Source of the DNA: Mayamaea pseudoterrestris
Taxonomy: Eukaryota
Direction: 5' to 3'
Assembly (NCBI GenBank): GCA_027923505.1
Contig: BROI01000012.1
Span: forward strand, 1-64,000
Length of the DNA: 64,000 nt
Below are positions 21,616 to 36,000 of the stretch, in pieces. Each line of letters begins with the position of its first letter. The stretch's first letter is position 1. The notes beneath the pieces were generated by a model, which saw only the letters and a program-made list of their open reading frames with translations, had not been told where the DNA came from and did not search any database. Both the position numbers and the translations under genes were made by a program.

Positions 21616-23693
21616 TCACCAGTCACATTCCAGTCTACTGAGACACCAGCCAAGGCTACCATTTTGTAGCGCAGCCTGATTAATGATGTTAGCACCATTC
21701 GGGTGTATTTTGGACACCTACAGGGCTTGCTGTAGGTGTGTTTGAATGTCACGGCATTTGTGGGATGTGACTGGTGACAAGTTGTCACCAAATACATTGC
21801 CATCCCCGGAGACACCAGCCAAGCCTACCATCTTGTTGCGCAGCCTGAATAATGATGTTGGCATCATTCTGGTGTAATTTGGGCATCTACAGGGTTTGCT
21901 GTAGGGGCGTTTGAATGTCATGGCATCAGCTGGCTGAGACTGGTGACAAGTTGTCACCAAATACATTGCCATCCCCGGAGACACCAGCCAAGCCTACCAT
22001 CTTGTTGCGCAGCCTGAAAAAGATTGTTGGCACCATTCTGGTGTAATTTGGGCATCTACAGGGTTTGCTGTAGGGGCGTTTGAATGTCATGGCATCAGCT
22101 GGCTTAGACTGGTGACAAGTTGTCACCAAATACATTGCCATCCCCTGAGACACCAGCCAAACCTACCATCTTGTCGCGCAGCCTAAAAAAGATTGTTGGC
22201 ACCATTCTGGTGTAATTTGGGCATCTACAGGGTTTGCTGTAGGGGCGTTTGAATGTCATGGCATCAGCTGGCTGAGACTGGTGACAAGTTGTCACCAAAT
22301 ACATTGCCATCCCCCTGCGACACCAGCCAAGCATACTTTTTTGTAGCGCAGCCTGAATAATGATGTTGGCACCATTCTGGTGTAATTTGGAAACCTACAG
22401 GGCCTGATGTAGGGGCTTTTGAATGTCACGGCATCAGTGGGCTGAGACTGGTGACAAGTTGTCACCAAATACATTGCCATCACCGGAGACACCAGCCAAG
22501 CCTACCAACTTGTAGCGCAGCCTGCATAATGATGATGGCACCATTCTGGTGTAATTTGGGCACTTACCGGGCCTGATGTAGGTGTGTCTGAGTGCATGGC
22601 ATCTGCGGGCTGAGATTGGTGACAAGTTGTCACCAGATACATTGCCATCCCCTGAGACACCAGCCAAGCCTACCATCTTGTCGCGCAGCCTCAATAATGA
22701 TGTTGGCACCATTCTGGTGTAATTTAAGCACCTACAGGGCCTGATGTAGGGGCGTTTGTATGTCATGGCATCAGTGGGCTGAGACTGGTGACAAGTTGTC
22801 ACCAAATACATTGCCATCCCCTGAGTCACTAGCCAAATTTACCATCTTGTCACGCAGCCTGAAAAATGATGTTGGCACCATGCTGGTGTAATTTGGGCAC
22901 CTACAGGGCTTGCTGTAGGGGCGTCTGAATGTCACGGCATCTGTGGGCTGAGACTGGTGACAAGTTGTCACCAAATACATTGCCATCACCGGAGACACCA
23001 GCCAAGCCTACCATCTTGTAGCGCAGCCTGAATAATGATGTTGGCATCATTCTAGTGTAATTTGGGCACCTACAGGGCCTGATGTAGGGGCTTTTGAATG
23101 TCACGGCATCAGTGGGCTGAGACTGGTGACAAGTTGTCACCAAATACATTGCCATCCCCGTAGACACCAGCCAAGCCTACCATCATGTCGCGCAGCCTGA
23201 ATAATGATGTTGGCACCATTCTGGTGTAATTTAAGCACCTACAGGGCCTGATGTAGGGGCGTTTGTATGTCACGGCATCAGTGGGCTGAGACTGGTGACA
23301 AGTTGTCACCAAATACATTGCCATCACCGGAGACACCAGCCAAGCCTACCTTCTAGAAGCGCAGCCTGAATAATGATGTGGGCACCATTCTGGTGTAATT
23401 TGGACACCTACAGGGCTTGCTATAGGGGCATTTGAATGTCATGGCATCAGCGGGCTAAAACTGGTGACAAGTTGTCACCAAATACATTGCCATCCCCGGA
23501 GACACCAGCCAAGCCAACCATCTTGTAGCGCAGCCTGAAAAAAAATGTTGGCATCATTCTGGTGTAATTTGGGCACATACAGGGCCTGATGTAGGGGCGT
23601 TTGAATGTCACGGCAACAGCGGGCTGAGACTGGTGACAAGTTGTCACCAAATACATTGCCATCCTGCAGACACCAGCCAAGCCTACCATCTTG
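21616..23693 (+). repeat. Satellite A left array, 169-bp monomer, ~12 copies
   Basis: ctggtgacaagttgtcaccaaatacattgccatcccc recurs every ~169 bp. Degenerate left edge, abrupt right edge. Confidence 0.96.
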
Positions 23694-24038
23694 GCCGTGT
23701 TGAAGCTGCTGGAATTGTCATGATTACTAGACGAAAGACGACGCGTAAAGTATGAGCCGCTACCGCTATGTCGAGAGGTCGGACTCGACGCTGGAATTGG
23801 AGGCGGAGGGTTTCGATGGTTCATGGTCGTGGAAGTGATGGAGGTCCATGGCGAAACTGTCTGCGACGGATCAGCGAGGCTCTGCGATCGTCCACATACA
23901 TCTTGAATACTGCGTCTCAGCGCGAACAAACAAGGTTGGCTGCCACCGTCGGCACTGACTTTGGAGTTGGATGGAAGGCTGGTCTATCAGTGGGCTGCTG
24001 AGATCTATGAACTACTGCTATCTGTACCATATTGCAAA

Positions 24039-27000
24039 GTGTTTGATTGACTAAAACCCATTCTGCCTGCCAGCCACCACCAAACCCCACCCAACCACAG
24101 TCAATTTCCTGGAGGATTTGTAGGTATACCATTGAATGGATTGCACATCCTACATCTTTTATGCATGCCTAGCAACCGCAGAGACTCATATTGAAGCTGG
24201 CTGGCCCATGGGTGTGGCTATTGAGTGTGTTTGAGTAGCTGAAACCCATGCTGAACCCAACCCCAGTCATTTTACTGGAGGGTTTGAAGGTATACCATTG
24301 AATGGATTGCACATCCTGCATCCTTTATGCATGCCTAGCAACCGCAGAGACTCATATTGAAGCTGGCTGGCTCATGGCTATGGCTATTGAGTGTGTTTGT
24401 ATTTGAATAGCTGAAACCATTGCTGAACCCAACCCTGGTCATTTTACTGGAGGGTTTGAAGGTATACCATTGAATGGATTGCACATGCTGGATCTTTAAT
24501 CCATGCCTAGCAACCGCAGAGACTCATATTGAAGCAGGCTGGCTCATGGCTATGGCTATTGAGTGTGTTTGTATTTGAATAACTGAAACCATTGCTAAAC
24601 CCAACCCCAGTCATTTTACTGGAGGGTTTGAAGGTATACCATTGAATGGATTGCACATCCTGCATCCTTTATGCATGCCTAGCAACCGCAGAGGCTCATA
24701 TTGAAGCAGGCTGGCTCATGGCTATGGCTATTGAGTGTGTTTATTTTTGAGTAGCTGGACCCATGCCAAACCCAACCCTGGTCATTTTACTGGAGGGTTT
24801 GATGGTATACCATTGAATGAATTGCGCATCCTGCATTGTTTATGTTGGCCTAGCAACCGCAGAGACTCGTATTGAAGCTGGCTGGCAAATGGCTATGGCT
24901 ATTGAGTGTGTTTGTATCTGAAACCCAACCACAGTCAATTTCCTGGAGGATTTGTAGGTATACCATTGAATGGATTGCACATCCTACATCTTTTATGCAT
25001 GCCTAGCAACCGCAGAGACTCATATTGAAGCTGGCTGGCCCATGGGTGTGGCTATTGAGTGTGTTTGAGTAGCTGAAACCCATGCTGAACCCAACCCCAG
25101 TCATTTTACTGGAGGGTTTGAAGGTATACCATTGAATGGATTGCACATCCTGCATCCTTTATGCATGCCTAGCAACCGCAGAGACTCATATTGAAGCTGG
25201 CTGGCTCATGGCTATGGCTATTGAGTGTGTTTGTATTTGAATAGCTGAAACCATTGCTGAACCCAACCCTGGTCATTTTACTGGAGGGTTTGAAGGTATA
25301 CCATTGAATGGATTGCACATGCTGGATCTTTAATCCATGCCTAGCAACCGCAGAGACTCATATTGAAGCAGGCTGGCTCATGGCTATGGCTATTGAGTGT
25401 GTTTGTATTTGAATAACTGAAACCATTGCTAAACCCAACCCCAGTCATTTTACTGGAGGGTTTGAAGGTATACCATTGAATGGATTGCACATCCTGCATC
25501 CTTTATGCATGCCTAGCAACCGCAGAGGCTCATATTGAAGCAGGCTGGCTCATGGCTATGGCTATTGAGTGTGTTTATTTTTGAGTAGCTGGACCCATGC
25601 CAAACCCAACCCTGGTCATTTTACTGGAGGGTTTGATGGTATACCATTGAATGAATTGCGCATCCTGCATTGTTTATGTTGGCCTAGCAACCGCAGAGAC
25701 TCGTATTGAAGCTGGCTGGCAAATGGCTATGGCTATTGAGTGTGTTTGTATCTGAAGAACCCCGGTGCTGGAAAACCAGAAAGCCTCATTGCATGCCCAA
25801 CGCAGTCATTTGAGCTGGAGGCGTGGCAAGGCTATATCATTGAATGGTTTGCACATCCTGCATCCTTTATGCATGCCAAGCAACCGCAGAGACTCATATT
25901 AAAGCAGGCTGGCTCATGGCTATGGCTTTTGAGTGTGTTTGTTTTGGAGTAGCAGGACCCATGCCAAACCCAACCCCGGTCATTTTCCTGGAGGGTTTGA
26001 AGGTATACCATTGAATGGATTGCACATCCTGCATCCTTTATGCATGCCTAGCAACCGCAGAGACTCATATTGAAGCAGGCTGGCTCATGGCTATGGCTAT
26101 TGAGTGTGTTTGTATTTGAATAGCTGAAACCATTGCTGAACCCAACCCCGGTCATTTTACTGGAGGGTTTGAAGGTATACCATTGAATGGATTGCACATC
26201 CTGCATCCTTTATGCATGCCTAGCAACCGCAGAGACTCATATTGAAGCTGGCAGGCTCATGGCTATGGCTATTGAGTGTGTTTGTATTTGAGTAGCTGAA
26301 CCCATTGCTAAACCCAACCCCGGTCATTTTACTGGATGGGTTGTGAAGGTATACCATTGATTGGATTGCACATCCTGCATCCTTTATGCATGCCTAGCAA
26401 CCGCAGAGACTCTGATTGAAACAGGCTGGCTCATGGCTATGGCTATTGAGTGTGTTTGTATCTGAGTAGCTGGACCCATGCCGAACCCAACCCCGGTCAT
26501 TTTACTGGAGGGTGTGAAGGTAAACCATTGAATGGATTGCACATCCTACATCTTTAAACCATGCCCAGCAACCGCAGAGACTCATATTGAAGCTGGCTGG
26601 CCCGTGGCTAGGACTATTAAGTGTTTGTATTTGAGTAGCTGAAACCCATGCTGATACTAACCCTGATCATTTTCCTGGAGGGTGTGAAGGTAAACCATTG
26701 AACGGATTGCACATCCTGCATTGTTTATGCATGCCTAGCAACCGCAGAGACTCATATTGAAGCAGGCTGGCTCATTACTATTGCTATTGAGTGTGTTTGT
26801 ATTTGAGTAGCATGACCCATGCCAAACCCACCCCGGTCATTTTACTGGAGGGTTTGAAGGTATACCATTGAATGGATTGCACATCCTGCATCCTTTATGC
26901 ATGCCTAGCAACCGCAGAGACTCATATTGAAGCTGGCTGGCTCATGGCTATGGCTATTGAGTGTGTTTGTATTTGAATAGCTGAAACCATTGCTGAACCC

Positions 27001-30000
27001 AACCCCGGTCATTTTACTGGAGGGTTTGAAGGTATACCATTGAATGGATTGCACATCCTGCATCCTTTATGCATGCCTAGCAACCGCAGAGACTCATATT
27101 GAAGCAGGCTGCCTCATGGCTATGGCTATTGAGTGTGTTTGTATTTGAACAGCTGATACCATTGCTGAACACCTGCATGTCATTCGGACCGACTTTGAAG
27201 GTATACCATTGAATGGTTTGCACATCCTGCATCCTATTTGCATGCCTAGCAACCACAGAGACTCATATTGAAGCAGGCTGGCTCATGGCTAGGGTATTGA
27301 GTGTGTTTATGTTTGAGTAGATAAAACCCATGCTGAAACAAACCCTGGTCATTTTCCTGGAGGGTGTGAAGGTATACCATTGAATGGATTGCACATCCTG
27401 CATCCTTTATGCATGCCTAGCAACCGCAGAGACTCATATTGAAGCAGGCTGGCTCATGGCTATTGCTATTGAGTGTGTTTGTATTTGAATAGCTGAAACC
27501 ATTGCTGAACCCAACCCCGGTCATTTTACTGGAGGGTTTGAAGGTATACCATTGAATGGATTGCACATCCTGCATCCTTTATGCATGCCTAGCAACCGCA
27601 GAGACTCATATTGAAGCAGGCTGGCTCATGGCTATGGCTATTGAGTGTGTTTGTATTTGAATAGCTGAAACCATTGCTGAACCCAACCCCGGTCATTTTA
27701 CTGGAGGGTTTGAAGGTATACCATTGAATGGATTGCACATCCTGCATCCTTTATGCATGCCTAGCAACCGCAGAGACTCATATTGAAGCAGGCTGGCTCA
27801 TGGCTATGGCTATTGAGTGTGTTTGTATTTGAATAGCTGAAACCATTGCTGAACCCAACCCCGGTCATTTTACTGGAGGGTTTGAAGGTATACCATTGAA
27901 TGGATTGCACATCCTGCATCCTTTATGCATGCCTAGCAACCGCAGAGACTCATATTGAAGCAGGCTGGCTCATGGCTATGGCTATTGAGTGTGTTTGTAT
28001 TTGAATAGCTGAAACCATTGCTGAACCCAACCCCGGTCATTTTACTGGAGGGTTTGAAGGTATACCATTGAATGGATTGCACATCCTGCATCCTTTATGC
28101 ATGCCTAGCAACCGCAGAGACTCATATTGAAGCAGGCTGGCTCATGGCTATGGCTATTGAGTGTGTTTGTATTTGAATAGCGCAACCCACTGCAACCCAA
28201 CCAGGTCATTTGTCTGGAGGGTTTGAAGGTATACCATTGAATGGATTGCACATCCTGCATTCTTTATGCATGCCTAGCAACCGCAGAGACTCATATTGAA
28301 GCAGGCTGGCTCATGGCTATGGCTATTGAGTGTGTTTGTATTTGAGTAGCTGAAACCATTGCTGAACCCAACCCCGGTCATTTTACTGGAGGGTTTGAAG
28401 GTATACCATTGAATGGATTGCACATCCTGCATCCTTTATGCATGCCTAGCAACCGCAGAGACTCATATTGAAGCAGGCTGGCTCATGGCTATGGCTATTG
28501 AGTGTGTTTGTATTTGAGTAGCTGGACCCATTGCTGAACCCAACCCCGGTCATTTTACTGGAGAATTTTGAAGGTAAACCATTGAATAGATCGCACATCC
28601 TGCATCCTTTATGCATGCCTAGCAACCGCAGAGACTCATATTGAAGCAGGCTGGCTCATGGCTATGGCTATTGAGTGTGTTTGTATTTGGATAGCTGAAC
28701 CCAACCCCAGTCATTTTACTGGAGGGTTTGAAGGTATACCATTGAATGGATTGCACATCCTGCATCCTTTATGCATGCCTAGCAACCGCAGAGACTCATA
28801 TTGAAGCAGGCTGGCTCATGGCTATGGCTATTGAGTGTGTTTGTATTTGAATAGCTGAAACCATTGCTGAACCCAACCCCGGTCATTTTACTGGAGGGTG
28901 TGAAGGTATACCATTGAATGGATTGCACATCCTGCATCCTTTATGCATGCCTAGCCACCGCAGAGACGCATATTGAAGCAGGCTGGCTCATGGCTATGGC
29001 TATTGAGTGTGTTTGTATTTGAATAGCTGAAACCATTGCTGAACCCAACCCCGGTCATTTTACTGGAGGGTTTGAAGGTATACCATTGAATGGATTGCAC
29101 ATCCTGCATCCTTTATGCATGCCTAGCAACCGCAGAGACTCATATTGAAGCAGGCTGGCTCATGGCTATGGCTATTGAGTGTGTTTGTATTTGAATAGCT
29201 GAAACCATTGCTGAACCCAACCCCGGTCATTTTACTGGAGGGTTTGAAGGTATACCATTGAATGGATTGCACATCCTGCATCCTTTATGCATGCCTAGCA
29301 ACCGCAGAGACTCATATTGAAGCAGGCTGGCTCATGGCTATGGCTATTGAGTGTGTTTGTATATGAATAGCTGAAATCCTTAATGCATGCCTAGCAACCG
29401 CAGAGACTCATATTGAAGCAGGCTGGCTCATGGCTATGGCTATTGAGTGTGTTTGTATTTGAATAGCTGAAACCATTGCTGAACCCAACCCCGGTCATTT
29501 TACTGGAGGGTGTGAAGGTATACCATTGAATGGATTGCACATCCTGCATCCTTTATGCATGCCTAGCCACCGCAGAGACGCATATTGAAGCAGGCTGGCT
29601 CATGGCTATGGCTATTGAGTGTGTTTGTATTTGAATAGCTGAAACCATTGCTGAACCCAACCCCGGTCATTTTACTGGAGGGTTTGAAGGTATACCATTG
29701 AATGGATTGCACATCCTGCATCCTTTATGCATGCCTAGCAACCGCAGAGACTCATATTGAAGCAGGCTGGCTCATGGCTATGGCTATTGAGTGTGTTTGT
29801 ATTTGAATAGCTGAAACCATTGCTGAACCCAACCCCGGTCATTTTACTGGAGGGTTTGAAGGTATACCATTGAATGGATTGCACATCCTGCATCCTTTAT
29901 GCATGCCTAGCAACCGCAGAGACTCATATTGAAGCAGGCTGGCTCATGGCTATGGCTATTGAGTGTGTTTGTATTTGAATAGCTGAAACCATTGCTGAAC

Positions 30001-33000
30001 CCAACCCCGGTCATTTTACTGGAGGGTGTGAAGGTATATCATTGAATGGATTGCACATCCTGCATCCTTTATGCATGCCTAGCAACCGCAGAGACTCATA
30101 TTGAAGCAGGCTGGCTCATGGCTATGGCTTTTGAGTGTGTTTGTATTGGAGTAGCTGGACCCATGCCAAACCCAACCCCAGTCATTTTCCTGGAGGGTTT
30201 GAAGGTATACCATTGAATGGATTGCACATCCTGCATCTTTAATCCATGCCTAGCAACCGCAGAGACTCATATTGAAGCAGGCTGGCTCATGGCTATGGCT
30301 ATTGAGTGTGTTTGTATTTGAATAGCTGAAACCATTGCTGAACCCAACCCCGGTCATTTTACTGGAGGGTTTGAAGGTATACCATTGAATGGATTGCACA
30401 TCCTGCATCCTTTATGCATGCCTAGCAACCGCAGAGACTCATATTGAAGCAGGCTGGCTCATGGCTATGGCTATTGAGTGTGTTTGTATTTGAATAGCTG
30501 AAACCATTGCTGAACCCAACCCCGGTCATTTTACTGGAGGGTTTGAAGGTATACCATTGAATGGATTGCACATCCTGCATCCTTTATGCATGCCTAGCAA
30601 CCGCAGAGACTCATATTGAAGCAGGCTGGCTCATGGCTATGGCTATTGAGTGTGTTTGTATTTGAACAGCTGATACCATTGCTGAACCCAACCCTGGTCA
30701 TTTTACTGGAGGGTTTGAAGGTATACCATTGAATGGATTGCACATCCTGCATCCTTTATGCATGCCTAGCAACCGCAGAGACTCATATTGAAGCAGGCTG
30801 GCTCATGGCTATGGCTATTGAGTGTGTTTTATCTGAAACCCACAACCAACCCCGGTCATTTTACTGGAGGGTTTGAAGGTATACAATTGAATGGATTGCA
30901 CATCCTGCATCCTTTATGCATGCCTAGCCACCGCAGAGACGCATATTGAAGCAGGCTGGCTCATGGCTATGGCTATTGAGTGTGTTTGTATTTGAATAGC
31001 TGAAACCATCGCTGAACCCAACCCCGGTCATTTTACTGGAGGGTGTGAAGGTATACCATTGAATGGATTGCACATCCTGCATCCTTTATGCATGCCTAGC
31101 AACCGCAGAGACTCATATTGAAGCAGGCTGGCTCATGGCTATGGCTATTGAGTGTGTTTGTATTTGAATAGCTGAAACCATTGCTGAACCCAACCCCAGT
31201 CATTTTACTGGAGGGTTTGAAGGTATACCATTGAATGGATTGCACATCCTGCATCCTTTATGCATGCCTAGCCACCGCAGAGACTCATATTGAAACAGGC
31301 TGGCTCATGGCTATGGCTATTGAGTGTGTTTGTATTTGAGTAGCTGAAACCATTGCTGAACCCAACCCCGGTCATTTTACTGGAGGGTTTGAAGGTATAC
31401 CATTGAATGGATTGCACATCCTGCATCCTTTATGCATGCCTAGCAACCGCAGAGACTCATATTGAAGCAGGCTGGCTCATGGCTATGGCTATTGAGTGTG
31501 TTTGTATTTGAATAGCTGAAACCATTGCTGAACCCAACCCCGGTCATTTTACTGGAGGGTTTGAAGGTATACCATTGAATGGATTGCACATCCTGCATCC
31601 TTTATGCATGCCTAGCAACCGCAGAGACTCATATTGAAGCAGGCTGGCTCATGGCTATGGCTATTGAGTGTGTTTGTATTTGAACAGCTCAACCATTGCT
31701 GAACCCAACCCCGGTCATTTTACTGGAGGGTGTGAAGGTATACCATTGAATGGATTGCACATCCTGCATCTTTAAACCGTGCCTAGCAACCGCAGAGACT
31801 CATATTGAAGCAGGCTGGCTCATGGCTATGGCTATTGAGTGTGTTTGTATTTGAATAGCTGAAACCATTGCTGAACCCAACCCCAGTCATTTTACTGGAG
31901 GGTTTGAAGGTATACCATTGAATGGATTGCACATCCTGCATCCTTTATGCATGCCTAGCAACCGCAGAGACTCATATTGAAGCAGGCTGGCTCATGGCTA
32001 TGGCTATTGAGTGTGTTTGTATTTGAATAGCTGAAACCATTGCTGAACCCAACCCCGGTCATTTTACTGGAGGGTTTGAAGGTATACCATTGAATGGATT
32101 GCACATCCTGCATCCTTTATGCATGCCTAGCAACCGCAGAGACTCATATTGAAGCAGGCTGGCTCATGGCTATGGCTATTGAGTGTGTTTGTATTTGAAC
32201 AGCTGATACCATTGCTGAACCAAACCCCGGTCATTTTACTGGAGGGTTTGAAGGTATACAATTGAATGGATTGCACATCCTGCATCCTTTATGCATGCCT
32301 AGCCACCGCAGAGACGCATATTGAAGCAGGCTGGCTCATGGCTATGGCTATTTAGTGTGTTTGTGTTTGAATAGCTGAAACCATTGCTGAACCCAACCCC
32401 GGTCATTTTACTGCAGGGTTTGAAGGTATACCATTGAATGGATTGCACATCCTGCATCCTTTATGCATGCCTAGCAACCGCAGAGACTCATATTGAAGCA
32501 GGCTGGCTCATGGCTATGGCTATTGAGTGTGTTTGTATTTGAATAGCTGAAACCATTGCTGAACCCAACCCCGGTCATTTTACTGGAGGGTTTGAAGGTA
32601 TACCATTGAATGGATTGCACATCCTGCATCCTTTATGCATGCCTAGCAACCGCAGAGACTCATATTGAAGCAGGCTGGCTCATGGCTGTGGCTATTGAGT
32701 GTGTTTGTATTTAAATAGAACGACCACAGCTGCGCCAACCCCACCCCGGTCATTTTACTGGAGGGTTTGAAGGTATACCATTGAATGGATTGCACATCCT
32801 GCATCCTTTATGCATGCCTAGCAACCGCAGAGACTCATATTGAAGCAGGCTGGCTCATGGCTATGGCTATTGAGTGTGTTTGTATTTGAATAGCTGAAAC
32901 CATTGCTGAACCCAACCCCGGTCATTTTACTGGAGGGTTTGAAGGTATACCATTGAATGGATTGCACATCCTGCATCCTTAATGCATGCCTAGCAACCGC

Positions 33001-36000
33001 AGAACCCCGGTCATTTTACTGGAGGGTTTGAAGGTATACAATTGAATGGATTGCACATCCTGCATCCTTTATGCATGCCTAGCCACCGCAGAGACGCATA
33101 TTGAAGCAGGCTGGCTCATGGCTATGGCTATTGAGTGTGTTTGTATTTGAATAGCTGAAACCATCGCTGAACCCAACCCCGGTCATTTTACTGGAGGGTG
33201 TGAAGGTATACCATTGAATGGATTGCACATCCTGCATCCTTTATGCATGCCTAGCAACCGCAGAGACTCATATTGAAGCAGGCTGGCTCATGGCTATGGC
33301 TATTGAGTGTGTTTGTATTTGAATAGCTGAAACCATTGCTGAACCCAACCCCAGTCATTTTACTGGAGGGTTTGAAGGTATACCATTGAATGGATTGCAC
33401 ATCCTGCATCCTTTATGCATGCCTAGCCACCGCAGAGACTCATATTGAAACAGGCTGGCTCATGGCTATGGCTATTGAGTGTGTTTGTATTTGAGTAGCT
33501 GAAACCATTGCTGAACCCAACCCCGGTCATTTTACTGGAGGGTTTGAAGGTATACCATTGAATGGATTGCACATCCTGCATCCTTTATGCATGCCTAGCA
33601 ACCGCAGAGACTCATATTGAAGCAGGCTGGCTCATGGCTATGGCTATTGAGTGTGTTTGTATTTGAATAGCTGAAACCATTGCTGAACCCAACCCCGGTC
33701 ATTTTACTGGAGGGTTTGAAGGTATACCATTGAATGGATTGCACATCCTGCATCCTTTATGCATGCCTAGCAACCGCAGAGACTCATATTGAAGCAGGCT
33801 GGCTCATGGCTATGGCTATTGAGTGTGTTTGTATTTGAACAGCTCAACCATTGCTGAACCCAACCCCGGTCATTTTACTGGAGGGTGTGAAGGTATACCA
33901 TTGAATGGATTGCACATCCTGCATCTTTAAACCGTGCCTAGCAACCGCAGAGACTCATATTGAAGCAGGCTGGCTCATGGCTATGGCTATTGAGTGTGTT
34001 TGTATTTGAATAGCTGAAACCATTGCTGAACCCAACCCCAGTCATTTTACTGGAGGGTTTGAAGGTATACCATTGAATGGATTGCACATCCTGCATCCTT
34101 TATGCATGCCTAGCAACCGCAGAGACTCATATTGAAGCAGGCTGGCTCATGGCTATGGCTATTGAGTGTGTTTGTATTTGAATAGCTGAAACCATTGCTG
34201 AACCCAACCCCGGTCATTTTACTGGAGGGTTTGAAGGTATACCATTGAATGGATTGCACATCCTGCATCCTTTATGCATGCCTAGCAACCGCAGAGACTC
34301 ATATTGAAGCAGGCTGGCTCATGGCTATGGCTATTGAGTGTGTTTGTATTTGAACAGCTGATACCATTGCTGAACCAAACCCCGGTCATTTTACTGGAGG
34401 GTTTGAAGGTATACAATTGAATGGATTGCACATCCTGCATCCTTTATGCATGCCTAGCCACCGCAGAGACGCATATTGAAGCAGGCTGGCTCATGGCTAT
34501 GGCTATTGAGTGTGTTTGTGTTTGAATAGCTGAAACCATTGCTGAACCCAACCCCGGTCATTTTACTGCAGGGTTTGAAGGTATACCATTGAATGGATTG
34601 CACATCCTGCATCCTTTATGCATGCCTAGCAACCGCAGAGACTCATATTGAAGCAGGCTGGCTCATGGCTATGGCTATTGAGTGTGTTTGTATTTGAATA
34701 GCTGAAACCATTGCTGAACCCAACCCCGGTCATTTTACTGGAGGGTTTGAAGGTATACCATTGAATGGATTGCACATCCTGCATCCTTTATGCATGCCTA
34801 GCAACCGCAGAGACTCATATTGAAGCAGGCTGGCTCATGGCTGTGGCTATTGAGTGTGTTTGTATTTGAATAGAACGACCACAGCTGCGCCAACCCCACC
34901 CCGGTCATTTTACTGGAGGGTTTGAAGGTATACCATTGAATGGATTGCACATCCTGCATCCTTTATGCATGCCTAGCAACCGCAGAGACTCATATTGAAG
35001 CAGGCTGGCTCATGGCTATGGCTATTGAGTGTGTTTGTATTTGAATAGCTGAAACCATTGCTGAACCCAACCCCGGTCATTTTACTGGAGGGTTTGAAGG
35101 TATACCATTGAATGGATTGCACATCCTGCATCCTTTATGCATGCCTAGCAACCGCAGAGACTCATATTGAAGCAGGCTGGCTCATGGCTATGGCTTTTGA
35201 GTGTGTTTGTATTGGAGTAGCTGAAACATTGCCAAACCCAACCCCAGTCATTTTCCTGGAGGGTCTGTAGGTATACCATGGAATGGATTGCACATCCTGC
35301 ATCCTTTATGCATGCCTAGCAACCGCAGAGACTCATATTGAAGCAGGCTGGCTCATGGCTATGGCTATTGAGTGTGTTTGTATTTGAATAGCTGAAACCA
35401 TTGCTGAACCCAACCCCGGTCATTTTACTGGAGGGTTTGAAGGTATACCATTGAATGGATTGCACATCCTGCATCCTTTATGCATGCCTAGCAACCGCAG
35501 AGACTCATATTGAAGCAGGCTGGCTCATGGCTATGGCTATTGAGTGTGTTTGTATTTGAATAGCTGAACCCATAGATAAACCCAACCCCGGCCATTTTCC
35601 AGGGGGGTTTGAAGGTATACCATTGAATGGATTGCACATCGCATGCATCCATGCCTAGCAACCGCAGAGGACTCATTTTGAAGCTGGCTGGCTCATGGCT
35701 ATGGCTATTGAGTGTGTTTGTATTTGAGTAGCTGAAACCATTGCTGAACCCAACCCCGGTCATTTTCCTGGAGGGTTTGAAGGTATACCATTGAATGGAT
35801 TGCACATCCTGCATCCTTTATGCATGCCTAGCAACCGCAGAGACTCATATTGAAGCAGGCTGGCTCATGGCTATGGCTATTGAGTGTGTTTGTATTTGAA
35901 TAGCTGAAACCATTGCTGAACCCAACCCCGGTCATTTTACTGGAGGGTGTGAAGGTATACCATTGAATGGATTGCACATCCTGCATCCTTTATGCATGCC

